Part shown: positions 44,501-54,565 of the stretch, piece by piece
Layout: each line of letters begins with the position of its first letter
Position numbering within the stretch: position 1 is the first letter of the stretch
Origin: Bacteroidota bacterium
GTDB taxonomy: Bacteria > Bacteroidota > Bacteroidia > NS11-12g > UBA955
NCBI GenBank assembly: GCA_040386935.1
Contig: JAZKEQ010000001.1
Location: forward strand, 62,232 to 126,231
Length of the DNA stretch: 64,000 nt
Direction of reading: 5' to 3'
The notes under the pieces: generated by a model
The model's input: only the letters and a program-made list of their open reading frames with translations
Databases searched by the model: none
Told to the model about the DNA's origin: nothing
Translations under genes and position numbers: made by a program

Positions 44501-46843
44501 TTAAAAATTGATTCTGTAATTAAAATTGGGAAACAATCCCAATTGATACTGGGTCGTTATTTTACCACGCGTAACATCATACCCCTGAATAAAAATATTC
44601 TTCCTATTCGTAATATTCTGTATATCCACAAACCACTCTTGTGTAATACGCTTACCGCTTCTGCGATACGTTACTTTAAAGTCGAGGCGAAAATAAGGAT
44701 CAAATTGTTTCTCAAAAGTTTCTGCATCTATAGAGACTCTGCGTTTCTCTAATTGTGAACGGTTAAGGTCAATGGGTGTATAGCGCTTACCACCGGCCAA
44801 TGTTACTTTGGTATCGAATGCCAAAACACTCTTTTTACCAAAACTCATTTCTTTGCCGGCCAACACATTCAGTATGTAATGACTGTTATAAGCGGTGCTT
44901 CTTTCTATGCCGTTGCTGCCTTTGTATTTTGAATCGTAAAGCGACAAGGTATTCAGCATATAAAAACCCTTATTGAAACTTTTTTCGAGGGTAAATTCAA
45001 TGCCCTTGTTCTGCCCGGTGCCGTTATTTACTAAACTATCTGTATTGGGATTGTTAAAATCTGCCCCTTCGTTAATGGCTGAATAATACGAACTGTATGA
45101 AGTTACCGGCACATCGTATAGGTACTGATAATAAGCTTCTGTTTTCAAGCGCCACTTGCGACTCATGGCATAATCATAGGCAATGACAGAGTGAATACTT
45201 TTGGTAAAATCAAGTGAGTGATTGGTTTCATATTTTGTGCCATTCACTTCTGTTTTCAGATAATACATTTGCATAGATTGCATCTGACTGTGCAGACCTG
45301 TAGCGATGCTAATTTTTTTCTTTTTTGTTAACTGATGCGTCAAACCCAAACGCGGTTCCACCATCTGAGAATTGTTCAACAACAGGTGCTGATAATGCAA
45401 CCCTGTATTCAATGTTGTAGCTTCTGTAATTTTATACTGCCATGTTACAAACGATTGCACTAAATTGGTTTGACCTTTGTCATTTCTCAATGTATGAAAG
45501 CGGTTGTCGTAGTAAAGACTGTCGCGGAAATTGAAGCGAATGTTTTGGACATTGATACCCAAGGTATAAAAATGTCGGCTGCTGCGCTTGTAATTAAGCG
45601 TTGAAATTAATAGGTGCTTGGCCAATCCTGAATTGTCTCTGTACTCTGGTTTGCGACCGCCAGCCCAAACAGAATCCTGAACAGTTGATACACCTGAATA
45701 GGTGGACCCTATTACTGTTTTAAGAAACAATTGTTTGGTGAAATAGTGGGTATACGAAGCGCCCAGAACACCCATTCGGGTACTGTATTTCAAATCGCGG
45801 TTGCTGTTGGCGTACAGATTACTGCTGTCGTTGCTGTTTTCATCACTGAAATGAATATTGCTAAAACCGCCAATACCAAAGAAAGTCAGTTTATTTTTTT
45901 TCAGTGGAATATCTATTTTCAAACTCATATCCTGATAATATGGAATGGCTGTTCCAGTGCCGAAATTCAATCCCATTTTTTGTAAAATGGCCAGAGTTGA
46001 AAAGCGGTAATTCATCAGGTATGAGGCTTTGCTTTTCTTAGAAAACGGACCCTCGATACCGGCCTCAAAACCATTGAATCCTATTTGACCCATGAACTCA
46101 TTTTTTGTTTTATTACCACTGCGCATTTGCAAATCGAAAACCCCTGCAGTGGCATTACCATACATGGCTGGGAATGCACTGGTCATGAAATCTGATTTAG
46201 CCAATACATTGTTGTTCAATATACCCACAGGACCGCCACTGGCACCCATTGAGCCAAAGTGATTGGGATTGGGAATATCAATACCCTCCATGCGCCACAA
46301 CAAACCCTGGGGTGAGTTGCCGCGAATAATGATGTCATTGCGTGAATCGTTGTTGCCCACTACACCCGCAAAATTGCTGGCCATACGCGCAGGATCGTTG
46401 CGACTACCGGCATAGCGTCTGGTATCTTCTATATTAAAACTTTTGGCGCTCAGGGAAATATTGTCGTTGTTCACCCCGTTCTTTTTTGCACTTACGGCAA
46501 AGCCTTTTATCTCGGCTAATTTTTCTGATAGTTCAATCTCAAGCACAGTTTGTTTTCCGCTCACGTGTATCAAATTATTGACTGAATAGTCGGCATAGCC
46601 GATGCGACTTACTTTAACACTGATACGCCCTATCGCAACGTTTTGTATGAGAAAATACCCGTTACTGTCGCTTTTGGTTGTGGCCAACACGCGTTCGCCT
46701 TCCACTATTTCAATAATGGCATCGCCAATAGATTGCTGCGACTGTACATCCGTAATTCTTCCTTTTACGTCTTGCGTATAAGATTGTGCCGACAGTTGAA
46801 AACTGCCCAACAAGAGAAGGATTAATAAAATGAGTTGTTTCAT
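44501..46843 (-). CDS. TonB-dependent receptor with N-terminal carboxypeptidase-regulatory-like domain
   Basis: MKQLILLILLLLGSFQLSAQ signal. VKGRITDVQSQQSIGDAIIEI...SDSNGYFLIQNV. C-terminus ...FPNFNYRINF. I prefer the start at 46843 over 46867. Confidence 0.88.
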   Translation of the reverse strand: MKQLILLILLLLGSFQLSAQSYTQDVKGRITDVQSQQSIGDAIIEIVEGERVLATTKSDSNGYFLIQNVAIGRISVKVSRIGYADYSVNNLIHVSGKQTVLEIELSEKLAEIKGFAVSAKKNGVNNDNISLSAKSFNIEDTRRYAGSRNDPARMASNFAGVVGNNDSRNDIIIRGNSPQGLLWRMEGIDIPNPNHFGSMGASGGPVGILNNNVLAKSDFMTSAFPAMYGNATAGVFDLQMRSGNKTKNEFMGQIGFNGFEAGIEGPFSKKSKASYLMNYRFSTLAILQKMGLNFGTGTAIPYYQDMSLKIDIPLKKNKLTFFGIGGFSNIHFSDENSNDSSNLYANSNRDLKYSTRMGVLGASYTHYFTKQLFLKTVIGSTYSGVSTVQDSVWAGGRKPEYRDNSGLAKHLLISTLNYKRSSRHFYTLGINVQNIRFNFRDSLYYDNRFHTLRNDKGQTNLVQSFVTWQYKITEATTLNTGLHYQHLLLNNSQMVEPRLGLTHQLTKKKKISIATGLHSQMQSMQMYYLKTEVNGTKYETNHSLDFTKSIHSVIAYDYAMSRKWRLKTEAYYQYLYDVPVTSYSSYYSAINEGADFNNPNTDSLVNNGTGQNKGIEFTLEKSFNKGFYMLNTLSLYDSKYKGSNGIERSTAYNSHYILNVLAGKEMSFGKKSVLAFDTKVTLAGGKRYTPIDLNRSQLEKRRVSIDAETFEKQFDPYFRLDFKVTYRRSGKRITQEWFVDIQNITNRKNIFIQGYDVTRGKITTQYQLGLFPNFNYRINF
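46578..46593. promoter_or_regulatory. TTGACTGAATAGTCGG motif copy 4, inside the TonB-receptor CDS
   Basis: Exact 16-mer (18-mer with flanks) shared with 42017-42032. Encodes ADYSVNN on the minus strand. Confidence 0.3.
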
Positions 46844-46888
46844 GTCAGCAAAACTATGGTGGGTCAAAATAACAACAATTGACTTTTG

Positions 46889-47473
46889 TTAATTTATCGC
46901 CACGTTCATCGATTTTCTTATCCGACTAAGGCTTTCAGGTTTAATGCCTAGAAATGAGGCAATGTGTTGCAATTTGGTGAGCTGAAATAATTCAGGATTG
47001 TTTTGCAACAATTCGAGATAGCGCTCTGTGGCCGTTTTGGTCAGCAGGCTGATTTGCTTTTCCTCTTTGTATTGAAGGTAGCGTTCGGCATTGATGCGAC
47101 CAAGTCTTTCGCCTGTTGCAGAGCAACTGTAAGCTTCATTCAAATCGGCATACGAAATACTCAACAGGGTGAGATCATCAATGGCTTCGATGCTGAGATT
47201 GGAAGGTGTTTGAGAAATAAAGGAGCTGTAGCTGCTGCAGAAACCCGGTGCTGAACAAAACTCAACCGACACATCATCTCCTTCTGAAGTAATGGTAAAC
47301 AGTCGTACTGAACCGCTAACAATAAAGGATAAATAGTTTTCGGTATCGCCTTCGCTAATAACGATGCTGCCTTTGCGAAATCTCCGTTCAATGAGTTTAC
47401 TTTGAAAAAGCTCCCAATCACTATCAGAGAGTATTGCCTGTTGGTCGAAGTATGCGCGAACAAGGGCTTTCAT
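46889..47473 (-). CDS. Crp/Fnr-family transcriptional regulator
   Basis: 194 aa. cNMP-binding beta-roll (FRKGSIVISEGDTENYLSFIVSGSVRL) plus a C-terminal HTH (LQHIASFLGIKPESLSRIRK). Confidence 0.85.
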   Translation of the reverse strand: MKALVRAYFDQQAILSDSDWELFQSKLIERRFRKGSIVISEGDTENYLSFIVSGSVRLFTITSEGDDVSVEFCSAPGFCSSYSSFISQTPSNLSIEAIDDLTLLSISYADLNEAYSCSATGERLGRINAERYLQYKEEKQISLLTKTATERYLELLQNNPELFQLTKLQHIASFLGIKPESLSRIRKSMNVAIN

Positions 47474-47489
47474 TTGAGGCGTAGTTGTA

Positions 47490-48557
47490 TTAAGCGTTGC
47501 CCATGGCTCTCAAGTGTGCCACATGCGATGCAATGGCGTAGCGCGCTTTAGAATGCTCTAAGTAAGGGATATTGTATTCCTTACACACATTCTTCACGAT
47601 TTCGCTCAATGCAGGATAGTGAACGTGAGAGATATTTGGGAACAGGTGATGTTCTACTTGGAAATTCAAACCGCCTGTGAACCAACCCCAGAATTTGCTT
47701 TTAGTAGCAAAATTGGCAGTGGTTTTTAATTGGTGAACCGCCCATTCGTCTTCAACCTTACCTGTAACAGGATTGGTTTCAGGGAAATGAGTTTCTTCAA
47801 CCGTGTGAGCCAATTGGAACACCACACTCAATACGATACCGGCAAAGAAACCATAGGTTAAGAAACCTATTACCCATGCAGTAATACCAACAGTATAAAT
47901 AGGAATGGCCACGAACAATACAAGGTGCAAGGCTTTGAAACCCCAGAAAGTAAAGTGATCTGCCATGGTCATTTTTTTGATGGGCATATCGCCTACTTTT
48001 TTGGTAAAGTATTTTTTATAGTCGGTAAAGAATATCCAGTAGATGTATAACAAAGAGTAAGCAGCTAGGAAATAGATGTGCTGATACTTGTGTATTTTGT
48101 AGTGTTTTTGAGTTTCGCACAAACGCAGGAAAGGGCGGGCGTTGATGTCATCATCTACCCCATCGATATTGGTGAATGTATGGTGAACGATGTTGTGTTT
48201 CGTTTTCCACATAAACACATTGGCACCAAGGAAATTAAGGGAAAGGCCGGCCAGTTCATTCAGCCATTTTTTAGAGCTGAAACTGCCGTGTGCACCATCG
48301 TGCATAATATTGAAACCGATGGCAGAGGTAAGCGCGCCCAGTATAAGGCATTCGAAGAGGTTGAGAACAAGAAATTCAGATGTAAAAAAAACAAGGTGAA
48401 TGTAAACAAATAAAAAGCTGGCAACAAGGATAATGGCTTTAGAGTAAAGCTTGATATTGCCGGTCTTGGTTGTTTTTACTTTTTCAAAATATTCGTTCAC
48501 TCTATTTCTCAATTCAGAGTGAAAAGAATCAGTTGGATTTAAAAACTTAGGTACTAT
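47490..48557 (-). CDS. Membrane fatty-acid desaturase family protein
   Basis: His boxes HDGAHG, HNIVHH and QVEHHLFP. The start is probably MIVPKF (48557); the track begins at 48581. Confidence 0.88.
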   Translation of the reverse strand: MVPKFLNPTDSFHSELRNRVNEYFEKVKTTKTGNIKLYSKAIILVASFLFVYIHLVFFTSEFLVLNLFECLILGALTSAIGFNIMHDGAHGSFSSKKWLNELAGLSLNFLGANVFMWKTKHNIVHHTFTNIDGVDDDINARPFLRLCETQKHYKIHKYQHIYFLAAYSLLYIYWIFFTDYKKYFTKKVGDMPIKKMTMADHFTFWGFKALHLVLFVAIPIYTVGITAWVIGFLTYGFFAGIVLSVVFQLAHTVEETHFPETNPVTGKVEDEWAVHQLKTTANFATKSKFWGWFTGGLNFQVEHHLFPNISHVHYPALSEIVKNVCKEYNIPYLEHSKARYAIASHVAHLRAMGNA

Positions 48558-48706
48558 CATTAATTTAATAAATTGGTGCAAAAATAGGCTTAATTTTCGA
48601 TAATTTTACTCAATCCCTCCAAAGCGCTTATATACAGGACGAAAGAAGGCGAAAGAAAGATTTTAAATATTTTTGAAAATATTTTTTGTAATTTAAGAAA
48701 TATATC

Positions 48707-48714
48707 TATTTTTG
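48707..48714 (+). promoter_or_regulatory. -7 box TATTTTTG upstream of tRNA-Val
   Basis: 13 nt upstream of the tRNA 5' end. Confidence 0.45.
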
Positions 48715-48726
48715 CACTCCCTAATC

Positions 48727-49139
<413 letters not shown>

Positions 49140-49149
49140 ATAAAAACAC

Positions 49150-49180
49150 AAATCCGCCCTCAAGGCGGATTTTTTGTTTT
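49150..49180 (+). terminator. Rho-independent terminator (ATCCGCC-family hairpin)
   Basis: AAATCCGCC-ctcaa-GGCGGATTT followed by TTTGTTTTT. Confidence 0.7.
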
Positions 49181-49184
49181 TGTA

Positions 49185-49229
49185 GCCCTGTGTTGTTCCC
49201 GAAGCGCAGCAAGGGCGCTAACACAGGGC
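49185..49229. other. GC-rich nested stem-loop
   Basis: GCCCTGTGTT ... AACACAGGGC encloses AGCGC-agcaagg-GCGCT. Confidence 0.5.
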
Positions 49230-49359
49230 AGTAAGCGCCCAAAAATTCTCAAAAGCACCTTGTATCCCTTATATAAATAAATTACGTTACTTGGGGTTGG
49301 TTACTAATTTGTTTGCCACCTAGGTTGGGCAATATTGCTGGTGAAATTAAGTATCTATC

Positions 49360-52300
49360 CTATTTAATAATCTCTACTACCCCTTTATATTCATGTAATA
49401 CATTAAAAATGTCCCTGATTTCAGATTTGTAAACATAAATACCTGTCATGGATTTACTTGGCTCCCATTTTTCTTTAACATCATAAGAGTCAAATAATTT
49501 CTCACCCCAACGATTGTATATCTCAATGTGAAATTCTTTTACAAATTCATGTTGATTTTCGTTTATACCAAATCCATCATTTATATTATTACCATCAGGA
49601 CTAAACACATTTGGAAAATAAAAATCAATTTTATTCAGCACAGGTATAAGTTGTGACATTGTATCGAAACAAACATTGTAATTTGAAGCTATAAGTGTCA
49701 CTAATGAGTACTCAGGTTTCTGGAAATAATAATAAGTATTCTTTCTATGCAATGTATCCCCGTTACTAAACAGCCACAACCAATCTGTACTTTTTTGGGA
49801 TTGATTACTGAAATAATATTTCAAATTTCCATCTGTACTTAGATTTGCAAACTGAAAACTTGCAAGAGGCTTTTCAAAAATACCTATAACTGTACTATCG
49901 CTACCTGGGCATTGGGAATCGGAAAGATATCTTAAAGATATTTTCTTGCTTCCAATCATCTCAAAAAAGAGACTTACAATACTATCATTGGCAGGGATTA
50001 CTTTATTGTCAATCATCCATTGATAATTATTTATTTTAATACCACTGGCTTTGAAACTTACTTTTGTAGAATCCCCTAAACAATAACCTGAAGTTTCTAA
50101 TTGCCCACTTGGATTTTTAATTATATTTATATACTGAAAGACCGTATCCTTACAGCCCCCCTTAGATATTCCAGTTGCTTGAATTTTGTATTTGGCAGGC
50201 TGAGAATAGACATGATTTAAATTTTTAGAGCCGGTTATCACTTCAAAAAGCAAATCGCCCCAATTACAAATAATCGAATCTGCATTTAGAGAACTAACTT
50301 GTAAATTTGCATTATGGCCGTAAAAGCATTGCATAATGTCTGACAAAATAATATCTGTCTGTGGATTTGGATAGATAGATATGCTTTTGTTAAAACTGTC
50401 TTTACACCCAAATTGTGTTTTAGTTATACTTTTTAATATATACTCACCGCTTTGAGCATACCTATGTGGTACAGACACCCCACCTTTGCTCTTGTAGATT
50501 GTGCTATCCCCCATTAGCCATTCACAATCAGTTGTTCCAGTCGATGCACTTTTCACAATAATAAGATTATCGTTCAGACATTGACTGGTGTCATTTATTG
50601 AAAATAGCGCACTCTCAACTGGATAAACAGAAATAGCAGTATCTTCAGTTGTCTTACAACCATTTTTGTTAAAGGCTTCAATATAAATATAATGATTACC
50701 TGCAATATCAAATTTGATAAATAAGGAATCCCTTTCATTAAAAATCAGGCTATCTGAATTATTTCTAAAATACCAATAATTAGTACTATCAGTGTTGATA
50801 CTATTATTTACGACAAAGAAACTCGAACTTTTTACACATTGTATAGTGTCAGATAAGGAAATTCTGATCTCAGGCTTCTCCCATGCTTTTATTTTAAAAG
50901 TATCTGAACTTGAACAACCGTAGATACTTGTATCACTTATTACTGCTAAATAATCACCCTTCAAAAATTTAAATTTTTGCGTATTTAAAGTTGAATCAGA
51001 AAACAATCCATTGCTAAAATGAATGGTCCCCTTCTTCATGAAACGGGTAGTGTCTTTAAAATTAACAACTAATGGCTCACAACCTTGATATTCCTCAAAA
51101 TTGTTTTCAGTTTTTTTCGATGTATATCCGTTTATATCATACTGTATATTTGTATTAGGAAAATATTTTAGAAGTAATGAGTCTGAATAAACATTGAAAT
51201 TCGGACATGCCTCATTCCCAATTGTAGTTGTCCAAGAGGCTGAAACGGGATTATCTTTCCGAATATAATCAACATTCGTTTGTGATATTGCTGAGGCTGT
51301 TCCTGAAGAGAAATTTAACGTATCACCTTTACCATTTAACCAATTATAGAGTATTCTTGTCGTATTAATAAAACTGTCTTTGACATGAACTTGAGATTTC
51401 TCACAATAAGGTGTAACTGATTTTACGGATGAAATTTTCTTAGGGATTAATGCAGAAAAAATACTATCCCCTGTCTTACTATAGCTATTGCAATCCGGAT
51501 TCAACGCTTTAATATTGAAATAGTAATTTCCGGTTTGTTTATATGAATGCTTAATAGTATATACAGGCAGCAAAGGATAATTGTATTCTAAACTATCTCC
51601 ATCACCAAAATATATTGTTAAATGTCTGAAAGTTGTATCTACAAAGATTTTAAAAATACCAGTGTCTCTACAAGGATTATTTGTGAGCCCTGATGTAAAA
51701 TACAATTTATAATAGGGTTGATAGACCGTAGGAAATCCTGCTATATTAATATCTTTATCTGTTAAGACAACTTTAAAATCACAATAAACCCCTGTCAAAT
51801 TGGGTCTATTGACGCAACACAATTGACTATAGTATTGGTTAATCATTGTATAAATTTTCCCATCCGGCCCAATTTGCAACCCAATTGCATATTGATTATT
51901 CACAAAACGAGTTATCAATGATTTGCTAAGTGAATATCTGTTTATCTGGTATAATTCCCCCCGATTATCATTGGCATTATTAACTTTAATTGATCCAACT
52001 GACAATAAATATATCAATGAATCATTTGGAGATACTTCGGCAAAGTAATAGTTCGCATTAATAATATCTTTCCTATTGGATCTAAAAATATCATTAAATG
52101 TCATCAATACTGTTGGATTTTGTAGTCCACCGGTTTGATTGTTAAATTCATACATAAATACGCATCCTGCTTTTGTTGTAATTGAATCAATTCCTGTTGA
52201 AATAAGATGCTTGCCGTCATGTGTAAACTTAAAATGACTGTAATTTGCGGTACCTCCTCCGATACTTTTATAAATGCTTGTTGATAACAAATCTACTTTA

Positions 52301-52956
52301 TTGCTGAATACTCCACTACTTATAACTGGAGAGGGTATTATTCCTGTATCTTTTATCAAATATGCATGAGCTGTTGTATTGTTAACCCCATGAACTAGCC
52401 AAATATCATTCTTGTTTTGATGAAAAGTATAAGCTAAACAATTGTTCCCGGCACCAGAATCTAAAACTATATCTTTTTTTGTTACCTCACCAAGACCGTT
52501 ATCTCCCCATAAATCAATTATTGCATAATATGTTTTTTGACTATTTGAACAAACAACCTGATTGCATCCGCGTTGGTAAAAAAAATATATGTACCGCGTA
52601 TTGCCAGCCATTGGAATCAATGCGGCCATATATAATGAATTATCATAACCATATTTGTCAAAGGCTCCATTCTTAAGTAATTTATTGTTTTTATTCCATA
52701 AATAATTGCCGTTCCCGTAAATTATTAAGTTGCCATTACAATCACTATATGATGCACAGTTAAATGCAGCCGATGACAACTGATCAGTATCATTTGCAAT
52801 AGCTGTTTTTATAGTACTGGGAGGAACAGTATTGAAAGTGATTCCACTGTGCCACCCTAAGGCCCAATTATTATTATGTTGTCCTTGTAAAATAAAAACA
52901 TGTAAGCAGAAAATTAATATAATCTTCCGCTTAGATATTTTATAAAGAAAATACAC
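49360..52956 (-). CDS. Large PKD-repeat surface protein with T9SS type-B (gliding-motility-associated) C-terminal domain
   Basis: 1198 aa. C-terminus FPNVFSPDGNNINDGFGI...IEIYNRWGEKLF...GIYVYKSEIRD matches the type-B CTD pattern. Multiple Cys-containing Ig/PKD-like repeats. Confidence 0.85.
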   Translation of the reverse strand: MYFLYKISKRKIILIFCLHVFILQGQHNNNWALGWHSGITFNTVPPSTIKTAIANDTDQLSSAAFNCASYSDCNGNLIIYGNGNYLWNKNNKLLKNGAFDKYGYDNSLYMAALIPMAGNTRYIYFFYQRGCNQVVCSNSQKTYYAIIDLWGDNGLGEVTKKDIVLDSGAGNNCLAYTFHQNKNDIWLVHGVNNTTAHAYLIKDTGIIPSPVISSGVFSNKVDLLSTSIYKSIGGGTANYSHFKFTHDGKHLISTGIDSITTKAGCVFMYEFNNQTGGLQNPTVLMTFNDIFRSNRKDIINANYYFAEVSPNDSLIYLLSVGSIKVNNANDNRGELYQINRYSLSKSLITRFVNNQYAIGLQIGPDGKIYTMINQYYSQLCCVNRPNLTGVYCDFKVVLTDKDINIAGFPTVYQPYYKLYFTSGLTNNPCRDTGIFKIFVDTTFRHLTIYFGDGDSLEYNYPLLPVYTIKHSYKQTGNYYFNIKALNPDCNSYSKTGDSIFSALIPKKISSVKSVTPYCEKSQVHVKDSFINTTRILYNWLNGKGDTLNFSSGTASAISQTNVDYIRKDNPVSASWTTTIGNEACPNFNVYSDSLLLKYFPNTNIQYDINGYTSKKTENNFEEYQGCEPLVVNFKDTTRFMKKGTIHFSNGLFSDSTLNTQKFKFLKGDYLAVISDTSIYGCSSSDTFKIKAWEKPEIRISLSDTIQCVKSSSFFVVNNSINTDSTNYWYFRNNSDSLIFNERDSLFIKFDIAGNHYIYIEAFNKNGCKTTEDTAISVYPVESALFSINDTSQCLNDNLIIVKSASTGTTDCEWLMGDSTIYKSKGGVSVPHRYAQSGEYILKSITKTQFGCKDSFNKSISIYPNPQTDIILSDIMQCFYGHNANLQVSSLNADSIICNWGDLLFEVITGSKNLNHVYSQPAKYKIQATGISKGGCKDTVFQYINIIKNPSGQLETSGYCLGDSTKVSFKASGIKINNYQWMIDNKVIPANDSIVSLFFEMIGSKKISLRYLSDSQCPGSDSTVIGIFEKPLASFQFANLSTDGNLKYYFSNQSQKSTDWLWLFSNGDTLHRKNTYYYFQKPEYSLVTLIASNYNVCFDTMSQLIPVLNKIDFYFPNVFSPDGNNINDGFGINENQHEFVKEFHIEIYNRWGEKLFDSYDVKEKWEPSKSMTGIYVYKSEIRDIFNVLHEYKGVVEIIK

Positions 52957-52979
52957 TAGTTATTAATTTCAAAATTTAA

Positions 52980-53345
52980 CTACCACGCTGCGTCTTTATA
53001 CAAAATTGCTCCACCAGTTTCAGCTTTTTCACAGCTCATTTCATGATCCGTATTCCAATAAACTTTCCAATAGGTGGGCTCATCATCTTTTATCATTACT
53101 ATTTCCATAGTATCGGAATTATTTACCCATTTCCATGTACCATCTCCCCCATAAACACCACCAGCCTTAAAAGTATGCACTATTGAACCACCCTTATTAT
53201 ACCAGGTTTTAGGCGTCAATGTCGTTTTATTCAATGTTTTCGCAGGCGTTACCGGATCATCAGTTTTTGCTTTACAGGCAGAAAAACTCAAGATTAAAAC
53301 CGGCACCAATGCCAGAACCAGATTTTTTAAAATTGATTGATTCAT
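52980..53345 (-). CDS. Small lipoprotein
   Basis: 121 aa with lipobox LSFSAC. 23 nt upstream of the large T9SS-B gene. Confidence 0.65.
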   Translation of the reverse strand: MNQSILKNLVLALVPVLILSFSACKAKTDDPVTPAKTLNKTTLTPKTWYNKGGSIVHTFKAGGVYGGDGTWKWVNNSDTMEIVMIKDDEPTYWKVYWNTDHEMSCEKAETGGAILYKDAAW

Positions 53346-53361
53346 ATTATTTTTTCTTTTT

Positions 53362-53521
53362 TCAAATATATTAATAATTTTTATATAAGCAATTTTATTG
53401 CAGTCGTAGCCAAAGACCTTTCAAAACAATAATTTATATCAAATTCCACAAGACACATAAATACTTTTCTTTAGTTGTTTATATCAAATATATTAATAGT
53501 TCTACTCTTAATATATTAATA
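53362..53521. repeat. AT-only direct repeats: TCAAATATATTAATA x2 plus ATATATTAATA, and TTTATATCAAAT x2
   Basis: 15-mer at 53362-76 and 53484-98. Core again at 53511-21. 12-mer at 53433-44 and 53478-89. Confidence 0.75.
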
Positions 53522-53736
53522 CTGCAATCTTAAAGGGTGTTTTTCACCAACAACAAACTTTACACAATATTTTAAAAATTTATTGACACTCTTTGCATCA
53601 GTCATACAGTAGATACATGGCTATATTATTCCCGATGTTTCGGGATCAACAATTTCGAAAAAAGTGAAACGCTAAGCTATATATATCATAACTATATTGA
53701 CATTTAATCTAAAATGAAAATGCCAAATATTGGATT

Positions 53737-53946
53737 TTGTCGCCACTATATTTCATCTTATCGCCATTGTATAACATCTTGCCGCCAAGGCATTATACCT
53801 TATCGCCATTAGTATTTATCTTGTCGCCATAGTATTTCACCTTATCGCCACGCTTCTATATCTTGTCGCCACTGTTATATACCTTACCGCCATGGGATTA
53901 TATCTTGTCACCACTATATTCTATTTTATCGCTCAAATAGCCGCTT
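53737..53946 (+). repeat. Ten tandem 21-bp direct repeats (9-bp TTRTCGCCA core + 12-bp spacer; alternating TTG/TTA cores give a 42-bp period)
   Basis: Units begin at 53737, 53758, 53779, 53800, 53821, 53842, 53863, 53884, 53905 and 53926. All six frames contain stops. Confidence 0.9.
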
Positions 53947-54217
53947 AATACAGCAAAACAGGCACTATGGCCATATAGGTAGGTCATAAATAAGGCCACC
54001 CCGGCAATACAAGTATCCCAGATATTTTATTCATAGTCTCAATTCGTTGCTAACATGTTGATTCTCCCGAATATTCGGAATGCAATAAACCAATTTAATA
54101 TTCAAATGAACGATAAACATTCTGCTTTTATTGGTGAACTACTTGCTTGCTTAGCAAAAAGCACCAACAATAGAGGAAAAATAATTACATTCGGGGAATA
54201 AGTAGAAAACAACACAA

Positions 54218-54469
54218 ATGAATCAAAAAAAAAATAGAATTAACTATAGGATAAATATGTTATTTCGAGTGATTTACATTTTAGCATTTAATGCATATTC
54301 TTGGTATTGGCTTTATAAAATTATTTGGATTAATGAATCAACTTGGGAAGATTGGGCTAATTGGTTTTTTGTTACTTGTGGTGTTCATTTTTTTGTAATT
54401 GACTACTCAAAATTTTGGTCAAAGAATGTAAAATCAATCTCAGACATATTCAATCCTGATATTCAATAA
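54218..54469 (+). CDS. Hypothetical small 2-TM membrane protein
   Basis: 83 aa, W/F/Y-rich hydrophobic segments. No homolog recognised; weak call. Confidence 0.4.
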   Translation: MNQKKNRINYRINMLFRVIYILAFNAYSWYWLYKIIWINESTWEDWANWFFVTCGVHFFVIDYSKFWSKNVKSISDIFNPDIQ

Positions 54470-54565
54470 CAAAATAATTAACTTTCTGCCTATGTTATTA
54501 AGAGTTTAGGCAATGTACAGTTCAACAATAACCGACAATGGCTAATATCAACTTTAAATCCCCTA

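Noticed and set aside
53737-53946. Possible CRISPR array
   Set aside because: The period is only 21 bp, with a 9-bp conserved core and 12-bp 'spacers'. This is far below CRISPR repeat and spacer sizes. The cores alternate between two variants, and no cas genes are in the window.
54060-54085. 12-bp palindrome ccgaatattcgg as a regulatory site
   Set aside because: It is a single short palindrome, it is not extended by its flanks, and no second copy was seen. The evidence is insufficient.
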